Below, piece after piece: positions 40,130 to 54,054 of a DNA stretch of 64,000 bases. Source of the DNA: Octopus sinensis (Eukaryota); the NCBI RefSeq assembly GCF_006345805.1, contig NC_043008.1:37076001-37140000 (forward strand), in the 5' to 3' direction. The notes beneath the pieces were generated by a model that searched no databases, had not been told where the DNA came from, and saw only the letters and a list, made by a program, of their open reading frames with translations. How positions within the stretch are numbered: position 1 is the first letter of the stretch; each line of letters begins with the position of its first letter. The translations under genes and the position numbers were made by a program.

Positions 40130-40622
40130 TATTAGATCATAGCCATGGCCGATGCCAGTGTCACATAACTGGCCCATTTAAAAACACCCTTCAATCGTTG
40201 GGCAATATGCTGTGCTTGTGAAGGCCTGTTGAACTGAATGATATCATAGTTGTGGCTGATGCCAGTGCTGCCTGACTAGCATGTAAAAAGCACCAATTGA
40301 GAATGGCCAATGCCAGTGACACCTGACTGTCACCTTGCCTGTGGTATGTAAAATGCACTAGTTGAGCTTGTATGATGTCAGTGCTGCCTGAATGGCATGT
40401 AAAAAGCACCATTCGAGCATGGCCAATGCCAGTACTGCTTGACCGGCACCCATGCCACTGGCATGTAAAAAGTACCATTCAAGCATGAATGGTACCACTG
40501 CTGCCTGACTGGCACCCATGCCGGTGGCATGTAAAATCACCATTCCAGTGTGGCCAATGCCAGTACCACATGACTGACTCCTGTGTCAGTGGTGTGTAAA
40601 GGCACCCATTACACTCCTCAAA
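40130..40622 (+). mobile_element. RTE 3'UTR repeat-module fragment
   Basis: Repeated gcatgtaaaaagcaccatt..tggccaatgccagt modules; meets the minus-strand RT fragment at ~40622. Confidence 0.75.
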
Positions 40623-40624
40623 AA

Positions 40625-41990
40625 TCATGGCTCATGTTTCACTGCCGTGTGGCATGGCTGTTCACACAACTGCATCATACAGTCTACCTTTCCCTCTGAG
40701 TGAGAGGCCATTTGTTACCAGCAGAGGTAGGAGCTTTATGAACTTTGCCCAGGTTATTCTTATTCTAGTGGTTATGCTCTCAAAGCATCCAGCTTCACTA
40801 CTGACTTGGTCCCCTAGGTAGCGGAAACTATCAGCTACTTCTAGTTTTTCCCCGGCATGTGATTGAATCTGATTTTGTACATTGTTGGTGTTTATTGCCC
40901 CTGTGCATCTGCCACATACAAAAACTATTCACCTGGTTAACCTTCCTTTGATATTGCTGCACCTCTTATGTGTCCATAGCTTACACCAGGTACACCTTAT
41001 GGAGTTTCTACCTATACCTTTTCTACAGATTGAGCAGGGCCATCTACCTGAAGGGGTTTGTCATTTGTCTGCCTTCCTACTTACTAGGATTTTGGTTTTT
41101 GCTAGATTGACTCTAAGGCCCTTTGATTCTAGACCTTGCTTCCACACTTGGAACTTCATCTCTAGTTCTGAAAGTGACTCAGCTATTAGAGCAAGGTTAT
41201 CAGCATAGAGGAGCTCCCAGGGGCATCCTGTCTTGAATTCCTCTGTTATTGCCTGGAGGACTATGATGAATAAGAGGGGGCTGAGAACTGATCCTTGGTG
41301 AACCCCTACTTCTACCCGGAATTCTTTACTATACTCATTACCAACTTTCACCTTACTGACAACATCCCTATACAGGGCTTGTACAGTTCTTACCAACCAC
41401 TCATCTACGCATTGACCACCATATATCGAATCAGAGGACCCTGTCGAAAGCTTTCTTCATGTCAACAAAAGCTAAGTACAGGGGTATATCTTTGGCTAGG
41501 TATTTCTCCTGCAGTTGCCTTACCAGAAATATAGCATCAGTGGTGCTTCTACCTGGCACAAAACCGAACTGTATCTCATCTAGGAAAACTCTCTCCCTAA
41601 TTAATTGGGCTATGACCCCCTCCATGACCTTCATCACCTGATCCAGCAATTTGATACCCCTGTAGTTATTTCTATCTAAAGCATCACCTTTACCTTTGTA
41701 GCAGTTGACTATAGTGCTATTACACCAGTCATTGAGTATGACTCCTTCATGAACCACCTGATTTACAATACAGGTGACCAGACCATAACCCACACCATCA
41801 GATATTTTAAGCATCGCAGCGGTGATTCCTGAGGGGCCAGGAGCTTTCCCTATCTTCATATCCTTAATTGCTTTATCTACCCGATACTGTCGATTTGGGT
41901 AGCTGGTCCCTCAGCTGGGTCAACATTTGGCAGGCTTTCCTCCTCCCATTCTTACTCCACATTTAGCAGTATTTCATAATGGTATCTCCA
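40625..41990 (-). mobile_element. RTE-clade LINE reverse transcriptase relic
   Basis: ORFs 41859-41431 (KAPGPSG..YKGKGDALDRNNYRGIKLL..QFGFVPGRSTTDAIF..AFVDMKKAFDRV) and 41396-41061 (GVHQGSVLSPLLF..LLYADNL), frameshifted. Confidence 0.97.
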
Positions 41991-42046
41991 AGCCTCTCTC
42001 TCTCTCTATCTCTATCTGTCTGTTTGTATGTCTGTCTGTCTGTCTG

Positions 42047-42165
<119 letters not shown>

Positions 42166-42561
42166 ATATGTACCCCCCACCACATATATATGTACATACC
42201 TACACATCTCTAGGCATGTTTCTACATGTAACTACTGATTATGTTTCTTTTGTAGGCCTTTCTGAAGGTATTTTCTCTACATTTCTAATCCAGTAATTTT
42301 GTGGTGATATACAGAGTGAACATTTTCCCCCATTATCTGTTCCTAATGACTTATATCCTCCTCCACCACTAATGTTGTCCACAGCTACTGTAGAGTGTCT
42401 GGTTAAATAATTAATACTCTTTAGTTCAGCAGTGGCTGATGAAGTGAATAACCACTAAGCCATACAAATGTCCTGTCAGCTTTCATGCTTCTCATTTGTT
42501 TAAATTACATGAGGTCATAGATTTTCTAACAATGGTACTATGTGTCATAGTTAGCGATACA

Positions 42562-42900
42562 TCTCTTATATAAAATCCGTTCTGTCTGTGTGTGTCTTCT
42601 TGGATCTTGGGCATCCTCCATCTGATTGCGCTCAAATTTGTTATGTAGATACCGACAGTATCAGGGTGTGTATAAGTCTTGAAAAAATTACAAAAATCGA
42701 TTCCAGGTGAGCATGCGATCGATAAAGCCATGCGAAATCGTTTTTCTGTAGTTGCACAATCGACTATATGGCGCTGATAGGAGTTGCTTCCCTTAACACC
42801 AAGCATGCATATTTCATACACAGTCGATCATTTTTCTTTCTTTTTCTTTTTCAACTACTGTTGAGTGCCAAACAAATTTGCCAAACTCAATTTAGTTACC
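42562..42900 (+). mobile_element. Helitron/HINE-like 5' fragment
   Basis: a|TCtcttatataaaatccgttctgtctgtgtgtgtc..ctgattgcgctcaaatttg start like the other Helitrons; no 3' CTAG end recognised. Confidence 0.55.
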
Positions 42901-43370
42901 TCCCCTGGTAAAGATACAAACGATATAAATATACAATGGGCTTCTCTACAATATCCATCAATCAAATTAGCTCACAAGACATGGGTGGGCTTAGTACTAC
43001 AGGAGAAGACACTGACCCAACATGCTACAAAGTGAGCCTGAGTCTGAAGCTATGTGGTAGTGAAACAAACCTCATATCCACAAAGCGCTGCATGTTGATA
43101 CACACACCTATATGTTTATACATGCATATATGCATACATAGAAATATACTTACATATATAACAACACATCTGTTTAAACGAAGTCTGGACTGACTAGTTT
43201 GAACTGCCATGGAGATGTGCAAGTTGTAATAATGAAGTCTGCATAACATATATAATAGGAAATGCATTCATTACATAAGACCTTCCTCAGTTAAAACATT
43301 TCAAAATATAGGAAGTTCTTATGCCATGAATGTATTTCCTATCATATATATTATGGAAATCTGAAATGTA

Positions 43371-43785
43371 TACTCTTTTACTCTTTTACTTGTTTCAGTC
43401 ATTTGACTGCAGCTATGCTGGAGCACCGCCTTTAGTCGTGCAAATCGACCCCAGGACTTATTCTTTGTAAGCCTAGTACTTACTCTATCAGTCTCTTTTG
43501 CCAAACTGCTAAGTTACAGGAATGTAAACATACCAGCATCAGTTGTCAAGCGATGTTGGGGGGACAAATGCAGACACACAAACATATACACATACACACA
43601 CATACATATATATACATATATATGACGGGCTTCTTTCAGTTTCCGTCTACCAAATCCACTCACAAGGCTTTGGTCGGCCCGAGGTTATAGTAGAAAACAC
43701 TTGCCCAAGTTGCCACACAGTGGGACTGAACCCAAACCATGTGGTTGGTAAGCAAGCTACTTACCACACAGCCACTCCTACTCCT
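43371..43785 (-). mobile_element. Family-A SINE
   Basis: Full-length reverse copy matching 20444-20850. Confidence 0.95.
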
Positions 43786-44272
43786 ATATATGTATGTATT
43801 AAATGATTTAAAAATACTTCTGTTTGGTTTGACTCCCTTATTACCATTTACACAACTTGATGCCAGTTACCAGTACAAACTAACCGGTCAAGACTCCATT
43901 CACATGGATACTCTAACATCAATTTGAAGTAGTTTGTTAGATTTGACTCAAAGTTGAAAATTCTGGTACTGTGCACTGCTTCTTAGCATAACACGAAATA
44001 TACAAACACACACTCACACATTCACATATATACATATTTATAATAAAATTATCAAAACAGTGTCATTATGTGTGAATGTGTATAAGGCAAATCATATACA
44101 GCATGTTTAATTATGATACATTTACTCATACTGTGAAAATATAACTTGTGAATAAATTGCAACATCTTTGGCAGGTGAGATTGAGTATCGTGAACATATA
44201 TTCACAGTTTATGTTTTCACACCAAGAATCAATATGTGTTTTTATTAAACACATTGTATATAATTTCTATAT

Positions 44273-44312
<40 letters not shown>

Positions 44313-44916
44313 GCACATACAATCACAAACATACACATACACACGCAAATGCATAATAATACATATCTATATACATGTGTGTGTATTCATATGTGTGTGT
44401 TCCTGTGTGTGCTACTGCTATCATTTGTATTAGGCTGTGTATCAGTGGCATGTTATCCAGCAGGTTACAGAATTCTTTGAGATGAAAGCTAAATTAATTA
44501 ATTATACTATATTATTTTTATTTTGCATGTATATTTTGAAAAATATGTCGAAACGTAATTCTTTGAAATTTCTAGAAATTAGCAGTAACAGCAAACAACA
44601 TTAGAAATAATTATCTAAAATTAGTACTTAAAAACAATAGATATAGTTAAAATTGTAATCTACATTTAACATTTGTGAAGAGACATTATTTTAGAAAATA
44701 TAAAATTGTAGTTTAGTAATGGTAAAACTGGATATGAGCTAGAAATATTCTCAGAATTACCAAACTTCATTCTTGATAACTGTGGTCTTTTCACAATATC
44801 CACCCCATTATTTAAATGATTTTTTCCTTCTTACCTGCATGATGCAGTCACCCACCTACTTCTACTCACTTTGTGACTTGTGAGCCCACCTGGACACCTC
44901 CTCACCATTATCCATC

Positions 44917-45322
44917 TCTTTTACACTTTTACTCTTTTACTTGTTTCAGTCATGTGACTGTGGCCATGCTGGAGCACCGCCTTTAGTTGTAAGCCTAGTA
45001 TTTATTCTATCGGTTGCTTTTGCTAAACCGCTAAGTTACTGGGACATAAACACACCAGCATCGGTTGTCAAGTGATGTTGGAGGGACAAACACAGGCACA
45101 CAAACATATACACACACATACATATATATATCTATAAATATATATATATACATATATATGACAGGCTTCTTTCAGTTTACGTCTACCAAATCCACTCACT
45201 AGGCTTTGGTTGGCCCGAGGTTATAGTAGAAGACACTTGCCCAAGGTGCCATGCAGTGGGACGGAACCCAGAACCATGTGGTCCGTAAGGAAGCTACTTA
45301 CCACACAGCCACTCCTACGCCT
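44917..45322 (-). mobile_element. Family-A SINE
   Basis: Reverse copy with a small internal deletion. Confidence 0.93.
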
Positions 45323-46262
45323 AATTTACCTAAGTTTTAACATCATCTCCTTCAAAATAGTCATCTTGTGCAGCAATATACCAATCCCAGCATTCCTGTC
45401 AGTTTTGGAATCTGTCAGTTTTGGAATTCGACCTGGAAGTCGTTTTCTGTAAGCAGGTCAAGGACTTTGTACAATTCACTTTGGATCTCAGCAAGGGTGT
45501 TAGAATGGCAACCATTGAGCTACATCTTCCTCTTTAGAAGGGGAAGAGATGGAAGTCTAAAGGTTCTAAATTTGGTGAATAGGGTGTGTGCGGAAGCAAT
45601 ACCATGTTGTTTTTGGTGAGAAACACATGAATGAGGAGAGTTTAGTGACAGGGTGTATTGTCACTGTGAAGAATCCGATTCTTCGTGCTTCACAGATCTG
45701 ATCTCTCTTGCCAAATTTCCTCCATCAAATGCTTCCAAACGACACAGAAGAACTCTTGATTGATGTTCTGGTCCTGGAGGATGAATTCTTGCTGCACAAT
45801 ACCACATTTCTGGGAGTGACATATGAAGCAGGTCTTCCAGATCCCATCGTCTTTCGGGGACGTTCTCCCACTTTTGAAGTGCCTGTGCCAGCTGAAACAT
45901 TGTGTATGACCCATTGCCTTGTAACTGTAAGCTGCTGAAGCATGTTCAATGTCTCTGTAGCAGAGTTCCCAAGTTTAACACAAAAAGTTTCACATTGGTT
46001 CTTTGTTCCCGTCCATGACAAAATTGCGAACTACTGCATACATGTGATCACAAAAACGACAAATTTCACAACTTGCAAAATAGACACAGTGATGTTGCTC
46101 AACACACTGCTTCATGAAGGTCTCTGCTAGCTCTTATTGGAACTTTTTATTATTTCAATTCAGTTTTTGTGCGATTGTTTACGTTTTATTATTTTATTAT
46201 TTCAATTCAGTTTTTGTTGCAATTGTTTTCGTTTTATTATTTTATGAACTTTTGGATTACAC
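45323..46262 (-). mobile_element. Internally deleted mariner transposon relic
   Basis: N-terminal HTH FCVKLGNSATETLNMLQQ..TQCFSWHRHFKSGRTSPKDD and C-terminal ECWDWYIAAQDDYFEGD; TIR-like gaacttttggattacac. Confidence 0.88.
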
Positions 46263-46564
46263 ACACACGTTTATGTAAATACACACAAACAAACTTTGTG
46301 AGTGGATTTGGTAGATGGAAACTGAAAGAAGCCCTGATTCGACATCACATGTTTGTTGTAAAGAAGTGCCATTGGCTCCTTCATTTCTTCATTTTCTATT
46401 TTCAGTGGAAAATATGTTTAGCCATGAGGAAAGGTTTCCTTATTTGGATGCATTCAGCTTTAGAAAATCTACCTCGGTAAATTCAGTCCAGTATGTACAG
46501 CCATAAAAATGTGGACATGAAAACGATGATGATGAGGAGGAGGATGTTCATATTCATCATACCT

Positions 46565-46797
46565 ATTTCTTTAATTTCTTTACTACCCACAGGGGGCTAA
46601 ATGTAGAGGGGACAAACAAGGACAGACAAAGCCGATTACATCGACCCCAGTGCATAACTGGTACTTAATTTATCGACCCCGAAAAAATGAAAAGCAAAGT
46701 CGACCTCGCCAGAATTTGAACTCAGAACATAACGGCAGATGAAATACGGCTACGCATTTCGTCTGGCGTGCTAACATTTCAGCCAGTTCGCCACCTT
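46565..46797 (-). mobile_element. Family-B SINE with 23-bp TSD
   Basis: ggatgttcatatt(c/t)atcatacct at 46542-46564 and 46798-46820. Confidence 0.93.
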
Positions 46798-46859
46798 GGA
46801 TGTTCATATTTATCATACCTAGAGCAAACTTATTGGCCTTATGTTTAATCCCATGCTAT

Positions 46860-47600
46860 ACACCTTGCTGATTTATCTTTTATAGATCCTTCTATTCAGG
46901 TAATGTTTTAACTTCCTTCCAAGAAACCGTTTTGTTGGAATGTATTAAGCTGTCTATCACCATTCATACAGTTCCATGCTAGTCTTTGATTTTGGTATCT
47001 GGGTGATTCATATTGATCTCATATTGTTAGTCTGTCGTGACTTCAGGAAATAGTAGCCATGACAATGTAACATACCAAGTTTAGTGTATGTTTATATCAT
47101 ATATTGTGTATTTTCAGTGTTGATGTTTTTTTAAACATGGATGTCTACATATTTTGCCCACATGAAAATATCTAATGTAAAGACTTGTCAGTTTGAACAA
47201 ACGTGGATGACTGCTTTATTATGATAATAAAATCTTCAGCTGATGTCAGCCTTTGCATGATTCTTTCTTTGACTCATTGTTCTATTTGATAATTTTTTTT
47301 GCCTGTGGCTAAGCATTGGTCTTGTGCAAAAATCCAAACCATTTATTTCTACCAGTAGTTCAAATCTTTTGAGCTGGTATTAACTTTCCCCTTGGTTCGT
47401 CATTGTCCAAATTTGTAAGACACTGACCATGGAGAAGTTTCTCTCCCGCCACCCCACCATTTAAGATTTTGCAGTATTTTTGGAGTTCCAGTTCGATTTT
47501 ATCTTTTGACATATTCTTTTAACTTTTTTTCTTTGATTTTCTTCTTAATTGAATCTTTTCTATTGATATATAATTAGCTTTTACTTTGTACTTTCTTTAC
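46860..47600 (-). mobile_element. Decayed R4/Dong-like LINE, C-terminal/RLE region
   Basis: Minus translation WIFAQDQCLATGKKNYQ and TD*QYEINMNHPDTKIKD..VIDSLIHSNKTVSWKEVKTLPE*KDL, matching the AQDQ and RPD..D..KE..K restriction-like endonuclease motifs. Confidence 0.65.
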
Positions 47601-48073
47601 ACTTCAAATACTTTGACAAAAATTTTATGTTTTCTTGTTGCATTATCATTATCATTAATATTATTATTATAATTCTTACTACTACTACTACTACTACTAC
47701 TACTGTTGTTATTATACTAACCAGTCTGCTTTCGCTGGCTTCAAAGTAATTTCCTAATTTGTTTATGGCTACTTCTAATAGTTTTTTTATATATTTATAC
47801 TAGTCTCCTCCCTCCTGACTGCATGATAGGTATATTCTATCTCTGTTAGTTTTAGGATGACACGTTCAAAATTTAGCGTGTAGTTTTCTAGTTTTCTTAG
47901 TTATTTATTATGCTGAAGCTGTAGTTTATTATAGAGATGTATTGTATATTTGTATCTAGAATCTATTTTGTTCATTAATCTTTAATTATTTTCTTACATT
48001 TCTGTATGTTCTATCTTATCAGTTTTAAATACTATTAAAAAGTTGTGGAGACAGCTTTGATTTGATAATAGTA

Positions 48074-48180
48074 ATGATGAAGTTAACGGCTCCTAAAATA
48101 AATGAAATACCTGCTAAATTTAGAGAAGAAATGGCTATGTCAACAGAAGGTCCAACGTGGGCAAAATTTCTTGAAAGTAG
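48074..48180 (+). CDS. Candidate first coding exon of an unidentified host gene ([36 protein letters not shown])
   Basis: Acceptor ttctatcttatcAG at 48022, ATG at 48074, open non-repetitive protein-like frame, donor AG|GTAGGG at 48181. No homology recognised and no downstream exon found. Confidence 0.4.
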
Positions 48181-48350
48181 GTAGGGGTGTAAACAGTTCA
48201 TCCAGTGCCAACGTCCCTCTTATTTATTTATTTATTTATTTAGTGTAGATTTGGCAGATTTGTCTAATTTCATTATTAGGCAATAAACATCTATACAGAA
48301 GAGATAGTTTATAGCTAAACCATTACATTGCAACCATTTTGGTATTTCAA

Positions 48351-49530
48351 CATCATCATCATCATCGTCATCATCATCATTTAACGTCCGTTGTCCATGC
48401 TGGTATGGGTCTGACAGTTTGACCAGGGCTGGCAAGCTGGAATGCTGCGCCGGACTCCAGTCTGATTTGGCATGGTTTCTAGAGCTGGATGCCCTTCCTA
48501 ATGTTAATCACTCCAAGTGTGTAATGGGCGCTTTTATGTGCCACTGGCATGGGTGTCATTTGCATGACACCACTTTTTACCATGATTGCGATTCTGCTCA
48601 GCTTGATGGGTCTCCTTCTCATACACGACATAATACCAAAGGTCTTCGTCATTGCCTTTGAGAGGCCCAATGCTCAAAAGGAACTCAAACACTTTGTCTC
48701 CATGAGGTCCAACATTCGAAAGTACCTCAGCCACTTTGCCTCTGTGAGGCACACCACTCGAAAGGAACTCAACCACTTTGCCTCCATGAGGCCCAATGCT
48801 TGTCAGGTGCTCCTTATGCACCACAGGCACAGGTGCCAGTTACATGACACCAGCATCAGTCACAACTATGATTTCACTTGGCTTGACAGGTCTTCTCAAG
48901 TACAGCATATCGCCAAAGGTCTTGGCTCAAGTCATTGCCTCTGTGAGGCTCAAAGTTCGAAGATCATGCTTCACCACTTTATTCCATGTCTTCTTGGGTT
49001 TACCTCTACCACAGGATCTCTCCACAGTTAGAGATCAGCACTTCTTTACACAGTGGTCCTCGTCCATACATATCACATGACCACACCAGCACATTCGTCT
49101 CTCTTGCACACCAAATCTGATGCCTTTTATGCCTAACTTTTTTCTCAAGATGCTTACACTCTGTTGTACATGCACACTGACATTGCACACCCAGTGAAGC
49201 ATACTGGCTTCATTTCTTTCAAGCCTATGCATGTCTTCAGCTGTCACAATCCATGCTTCACTGCCATACAACATAGCTGTTCACACACAGGCATCAAACA
49301 GTTTGCCTTTCACTCTGAGAGATAGGCTCTTTGTTGCCAGCAGGAGTAGGAGCTCTCTGAACTCTGCCCAGCCTAATCTTATTCTTGAAGCTACACTCTC
49401 GTACCACCCACCCCTACTACTAAATTGGTCACCTAGATAACAAGCTATCTACTATCACTAGTTTGCCTCCTTGGCAGTTGATGGAGTCTATTTTCTGCAC
49501 ATTTTCAGCATTCATTGTACCTGTGCAAGC
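48351..49530 (-). mobile_element. RTE-clade LINE 3' portion (ORF C-terminus, UTR, tail)
   Basis: MLYGSEAW..RLERNEASMLHWVCNVS..LRKKLGIKGIR..QERRMCWCGHV, then the 3'UTR block and (CAT)n tail. Confidence 0.93.
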
Positions 49531-50281
49531 AAGATAGAAATGTAGTGGCAAGGTGTTTCCCAGAAAAACACCTCATTTAGAATAAGCAGGGATGATTTTT
49601 ATTATCTTCTACTTTTCATGTCTTGATATTTTATAGCTTTATGAAGTCCTGTGGCCTATAAAATAAAAAAAAAAGGTCTTATGACCATAAGGTTGATTCT
49701 TGACCAGATGGTACATTGTGTCCTTGACCAAAGTGCATCATTGCTCCAGTTTACTCAACCGAAAATGAGTAGCTTCTTAGTTCTGGAGCAGATCTGTTTC
49801 TTTCCAATTGTTAAATCAGCAATATTTTGCTAAGAAAGGGATGAGATAATCAAAAGGGTATCAGTGTCTGCTAGCAACTACATAAGTACCATAAACAATA
49901 AACAAAAGTATAGTACATGTTACTGGGCTATCCTTGTTTACCAGTGAAAGCTGTAGTAATTTTGAAGTTTTACATAAACTGTTCTATTATAGGTCTATTT
50001 TGTTTATCTACAATGTCTCCTATATCCAAGAAAGGGTTTTTGTTATCAATCCAGGTCAGGACTAAATGTTTATCTCTTTTACTGTTTTTAATTATAAGTA
50101 TTATAAAATATTTGTAAATTGCTGAATTTGAAAATATTACCCAGCCATAAAATTTCCAAATTTTCAACTATGTAAAACCATTAAATCTATATAACTGTCT
50201 TTTGATATTCTGCCATTTGTTTTTTGACTCTTTTTCTGTTCCTCTTTTGAAAAGATGTTATTATTTTCCAGATAACCGTCT

Positions 50282-50452
50282 GGCACAGGAGTGGCTGCGT
50301 GGTAAGTCGCTTGTTTACCAACCACATGGTTCCAGGTTCAGTCCCACTACGTGGCACTTTGGGCAAGTGTCTTCTACTATAGCCCCGAGCCGACCAAAGC
50401 CTTGTGAGTGGATTTGGTAGACGGAAACGGAAAGAAGCCCGTCGTATATATG

Positions 50453-50485
<33 letters not shown>

Positions 50486-50695
50486 TTGTGTGAGTGTGTT
50501 TGTCCCCCTAGTATTGCTTGACAACCGATGCTGGTGTGTTTATGTCCCCATTACTTAGCGGTGCGGCAAAAGAGACCGATAGAATAAGTACTGGGCTTAC
50601 AAAAGAATAAGTCCCGGGGTCGAGTTGCTTGATTAAAGGCAGTGCTCCAGCATGGCAGCAGTCAAATGACTGAAACAAGTAAAAGAGTAAAGAGT
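50282..50695 (+). mobile_element. Family-A SINE
   Basis: Full-length plus copy. Confidence 0.95.
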
Positions 50696-50723
50696 ATAAC
50701 CAGCTAACTTCTGGGTAAATATA

Positions 50724-51485
50724 TGAGCGAGAGTCAAAAATTATACACACTATTGTTTTTCATAAATGGTTGCATGATCAACCAAAATCCTTCTTGTTGG
50801 AGGGAATACTCAATGCATTTACACAAAAGCAGGGGATAACTGAGTACATTATTTTTCTAAATAGTCTCCGTCCTTTTTGATGCATTTGGTCCAGTGGTAT
50901 ACAAGCTTGTGTATTCCCTCGAAGAAGAAGGATTTTGGTTGATTGTGCAACCATTTATGTGCCACTTCCTTCACATCTTCATCCATAGGAAATCGATGAT
51001 CTCATAAACCATCTCTAAGCAGTCCAAAGCTATCATAGTTAGGAGGGGTAAGATCTGCACTGTAGGCAGGGTGTTCCAGCACCTCAAAATCCAATTGGTT
51101 AATGGTTTCAACGGTCTGGACTGCCATGTGTGGGCGTGGATTGTCATGCAACAACAAAATTTTCTTTGACAATAGGCATCAGCATTTGGTGTGAATTGCT
51201 GGCTTCAGTTTGTTGGCCAGCAAAGCACTGTATCTTGCACTATTGATTTTACACCCCTTTTCCAGAGAAATCAGATCACTATCTTTGTTCTTCTTTGGTG
51301 TACATTGCTAGTGGAGCAGCCATGCTTACACTGTAAAGCCTGAAAGAAAAATTGCATGATCAGGTTCAAACTACGATCACATAACAACAACAGTACCAAC
51401 TATAAGCATGCATACGCAGAAGGCAAAGCGACAAAAATAAGGGTATATTTTGGCAAAAGTGCAGATAATTTTTGACTTCCCTTCG
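50724..51485 (-). mobile_element. Internally deleted mariner (DD34D) with both TIRs
   Basis: TA-tgagcgagagtcaaaaattatacacac versus reverse TA-cgaagggaagtcaaaaattatctgcac; LLLHDNPRPHMA..LEHPAYSADLTPPNY (34-residue spacing, last D mutated to N). Confidence 0.9.
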
Positions 51486-51791
51486 TAGATGTCACTATTT
51501 TGCATAGACCAATTATTGGTCTATAATTCTAATGGTTCCAATATTTTTGCTTTGATGAATTAATATTGCTTCTCTCTCTCACAAGCAGTCAGATGCTGAT
51601 CCCAGCTTCATTAGAAATTCATTGAAACCTGCAGCTACATACAACTTCATGTGTACTGGTTAAATACTTTTAACCAGGATTTAGATGCTTTATCAGTATC
51701 AGAGTCTAGCAGTTACTTCCCTTCATGTTGTGCTATGCTGGTGATATTATTACTTTTCCTTCCCTTTCTCTTACTTCTTTTCATTTTAGGC

Positions 51792-51823
<32 letters not shown>

Positions 51824-53754
51824 CATCATCGTTGTAGTTGTCATCATCATCATTAGTATCATTAGCGTAAAAAAGAGGAAGATATTAGAGTGTCTTCTTA
51901 TATAACATTACTGTAAGTAACATCACTTTATTTAATGCAGGTACTTCTTTAACTGAAGTTATATTTTATTATAGAATAAAAAAGATATATTTTTTATGAT
52001 TTGACAGAATTTTCAAGTTTTCATGATCAAACATAGATCAGAATTTTCATGTGTGATTAACCCCTATATGACAGAAAATGTCAATTATTTATCCAAAGGT
52101 TAACATTTATAAATTTTATATTTCTCTATTTTTATATAAAAAAATTTCTATATATGTCTATTTGTAATCTTTTTCCTGCTTCTAGCTGACAGCAGACTTT
52201 TAGAATTTTTAATTTTCATGGTCACAATTATATCAGAATTTCCAAACTTAGTGAGAATCTGAAAATTTTCATGATTTTTCCAATATTATATAAAGTCTTA
52301 CAACCATTCAAGACTTACATTTCATGTCTAAAAACACTTCAGAGATAACTGCTTTTATCATGCAGCATCCATTAAAATATTCTTAGTAACATGGAATTTT
52401 GAAATTTTCTTATTTGTAGAAACCTATTAGAATTTGTAAATTTTGTTCATTTTCAAATAAAGTATAAATTCTCATAGCTCCTGGCCATTTCTTAGTTTGG
52501 CACCAGATACCCCTGATTGATCATTTTCATATCATCATACCTATTACATATATCAAACATAATTTTCATGCTTTTAAATGTGTGAACTTTTGGAATTTTT
52601 CTGACCACAGTCTTGTACGAATTTGCAAATTTTCCTCATTTAGCAATGTGATAGAATTTGATAGGATTTCTCAAGATTCCTACAGCAAAGTAGAATATTT
52701 AATGAGTCTGTGCACTGCTGCAGTACCAATTTAATGATTTCTGACAAATATTTTCACTTTATATTCGAAAAGTTTTGGTGTATTTTGTCCATATAAATTC
52801 AAAAATTTTGATAATGTCAGTGTTCTTTGAAATTTGAAAATGTTAACATAACTAGAAACATGAAAGCTATGTATTTGAAATGTTATGCTACCTAAATAAT
52901 CATCTACTTGCAGACTTATCAGACATGAAATTTATTATATTTCTTTGATCATGATTATTTGAAACTTGTGATTGCAGTAGAGCCGGCAAAACTGGAAAAA
53001 GAAAAGAAAAAAAAATGAACATCTTAACAAACATGAATATCATGATTTCTACTAGCTTTACTATCATGTCATATGTGCTCTTGTGAATTCTGAAAATTGC
53101 TCTATAGATCTGATTAGAATATTTAGAAATTATGACATGTCAACAATATGAAAGACTGACCTTTTAGCAAATGTTAATATTAAAGTATATACCTGGTTTC
53201 TCCTGATTAAGACATTAAACTGAGTCTAGTTGTAAAGCTTCAGCTTAAGAATTCAGGAGTTTTGTAGAGCATAGAGACACACTAGAGTTATCACTACTCT
53301 CAAGTCTACTAAGGCCCAGTTTGGTAATACCTGTAAAGGGCCTTAGTTAAGCATCAAATAGATGTTCCTCTGGCTAAGGCATTTAGGGCTTGAATTGGAG
53401 TTGGCCCCTAGACATGCATCACATCAGACCACTGGTTTGAAAACACACTCTGATATCATATGACCCAGCTCCACTTCTCCAGCCAAAGAGTAAAATGGGC
53501 CCTGTTCTTCAAGAGTAAGCTTAGGAGAGTAGGGAATTAGTAAAGTAAACTGAAATAAATGGGTAGAAGGAACAAGAGACTATTGCTGTATCTTCTCGGA
53601 CAAGAAGCATGAATCTCCAGACGTTGGTTCATGACTGCCAGCACCTGTAGGCATAGCACACATTGTTCCTCTTATATATTGAGTATATTGTCATTGTGAA
53701 GGTGTCTGGCTAAGTAGCTAGGGTATGCAGCTCATCATTGTAAGGCCATGAGTA

Positions 53755-54054
53755 TGTTCCTTCTTGAGCCATGCCTGGCTCATAAGGGCCAGTTTCCTGG
53801 TTTCCTTGGCTTATAGGTTCCCCACCTGGATGGGACACTGGTTCATCGCAGGTGAGCTGCAAAATGCAGGAGGAAAGAGTGAGAGAAAATTGTGGCAAAA
53901 GAGTCAGCAGAAGTTCACCATTATTTTCTGCCAGAGCCGTGTGAAGCTTAGGTGTTTTCACTCATAAACACACACATTGCCCGGTCTAAGATTTGAACCT
54001 GCGATCCCTCGACTGCAAGTCTGCTTCTCTAACCACTAGGCCATGTGCCTCCAC
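53755..54054 (-). mobile_element. Family-C SINE with 15-bp TSD
   Basis: aaggccatgagtatg on both sides; tRNA-like head; followed by an older plus-strand family-C relic at ~54070-54340. Confidence 0.92.

Larger units (their letters stand above)
36630..40130 (+). mobile_element. 5'-truncated Penelope-like retroelement (GIY-YIG + 3' region with hammerhead), interrupted by a minisatellite and a SINE
   Basis: GIY-YIG relic, continuation after the satellite (IFNRIFERLLRCPH), hammerhead at 39958-40096 on the same strand, inverted copy of the 5' end at 35273-35329. Confidence 0.8.

Noticed and set aside
53308-53348. 10-bp stem actaaggccc/gggccttagt (also aagtgacaata/tattgtcactt near 9126-9150)
   Set aside because: Isolated short hairpins near decayed repeats; no box motifs or other support.
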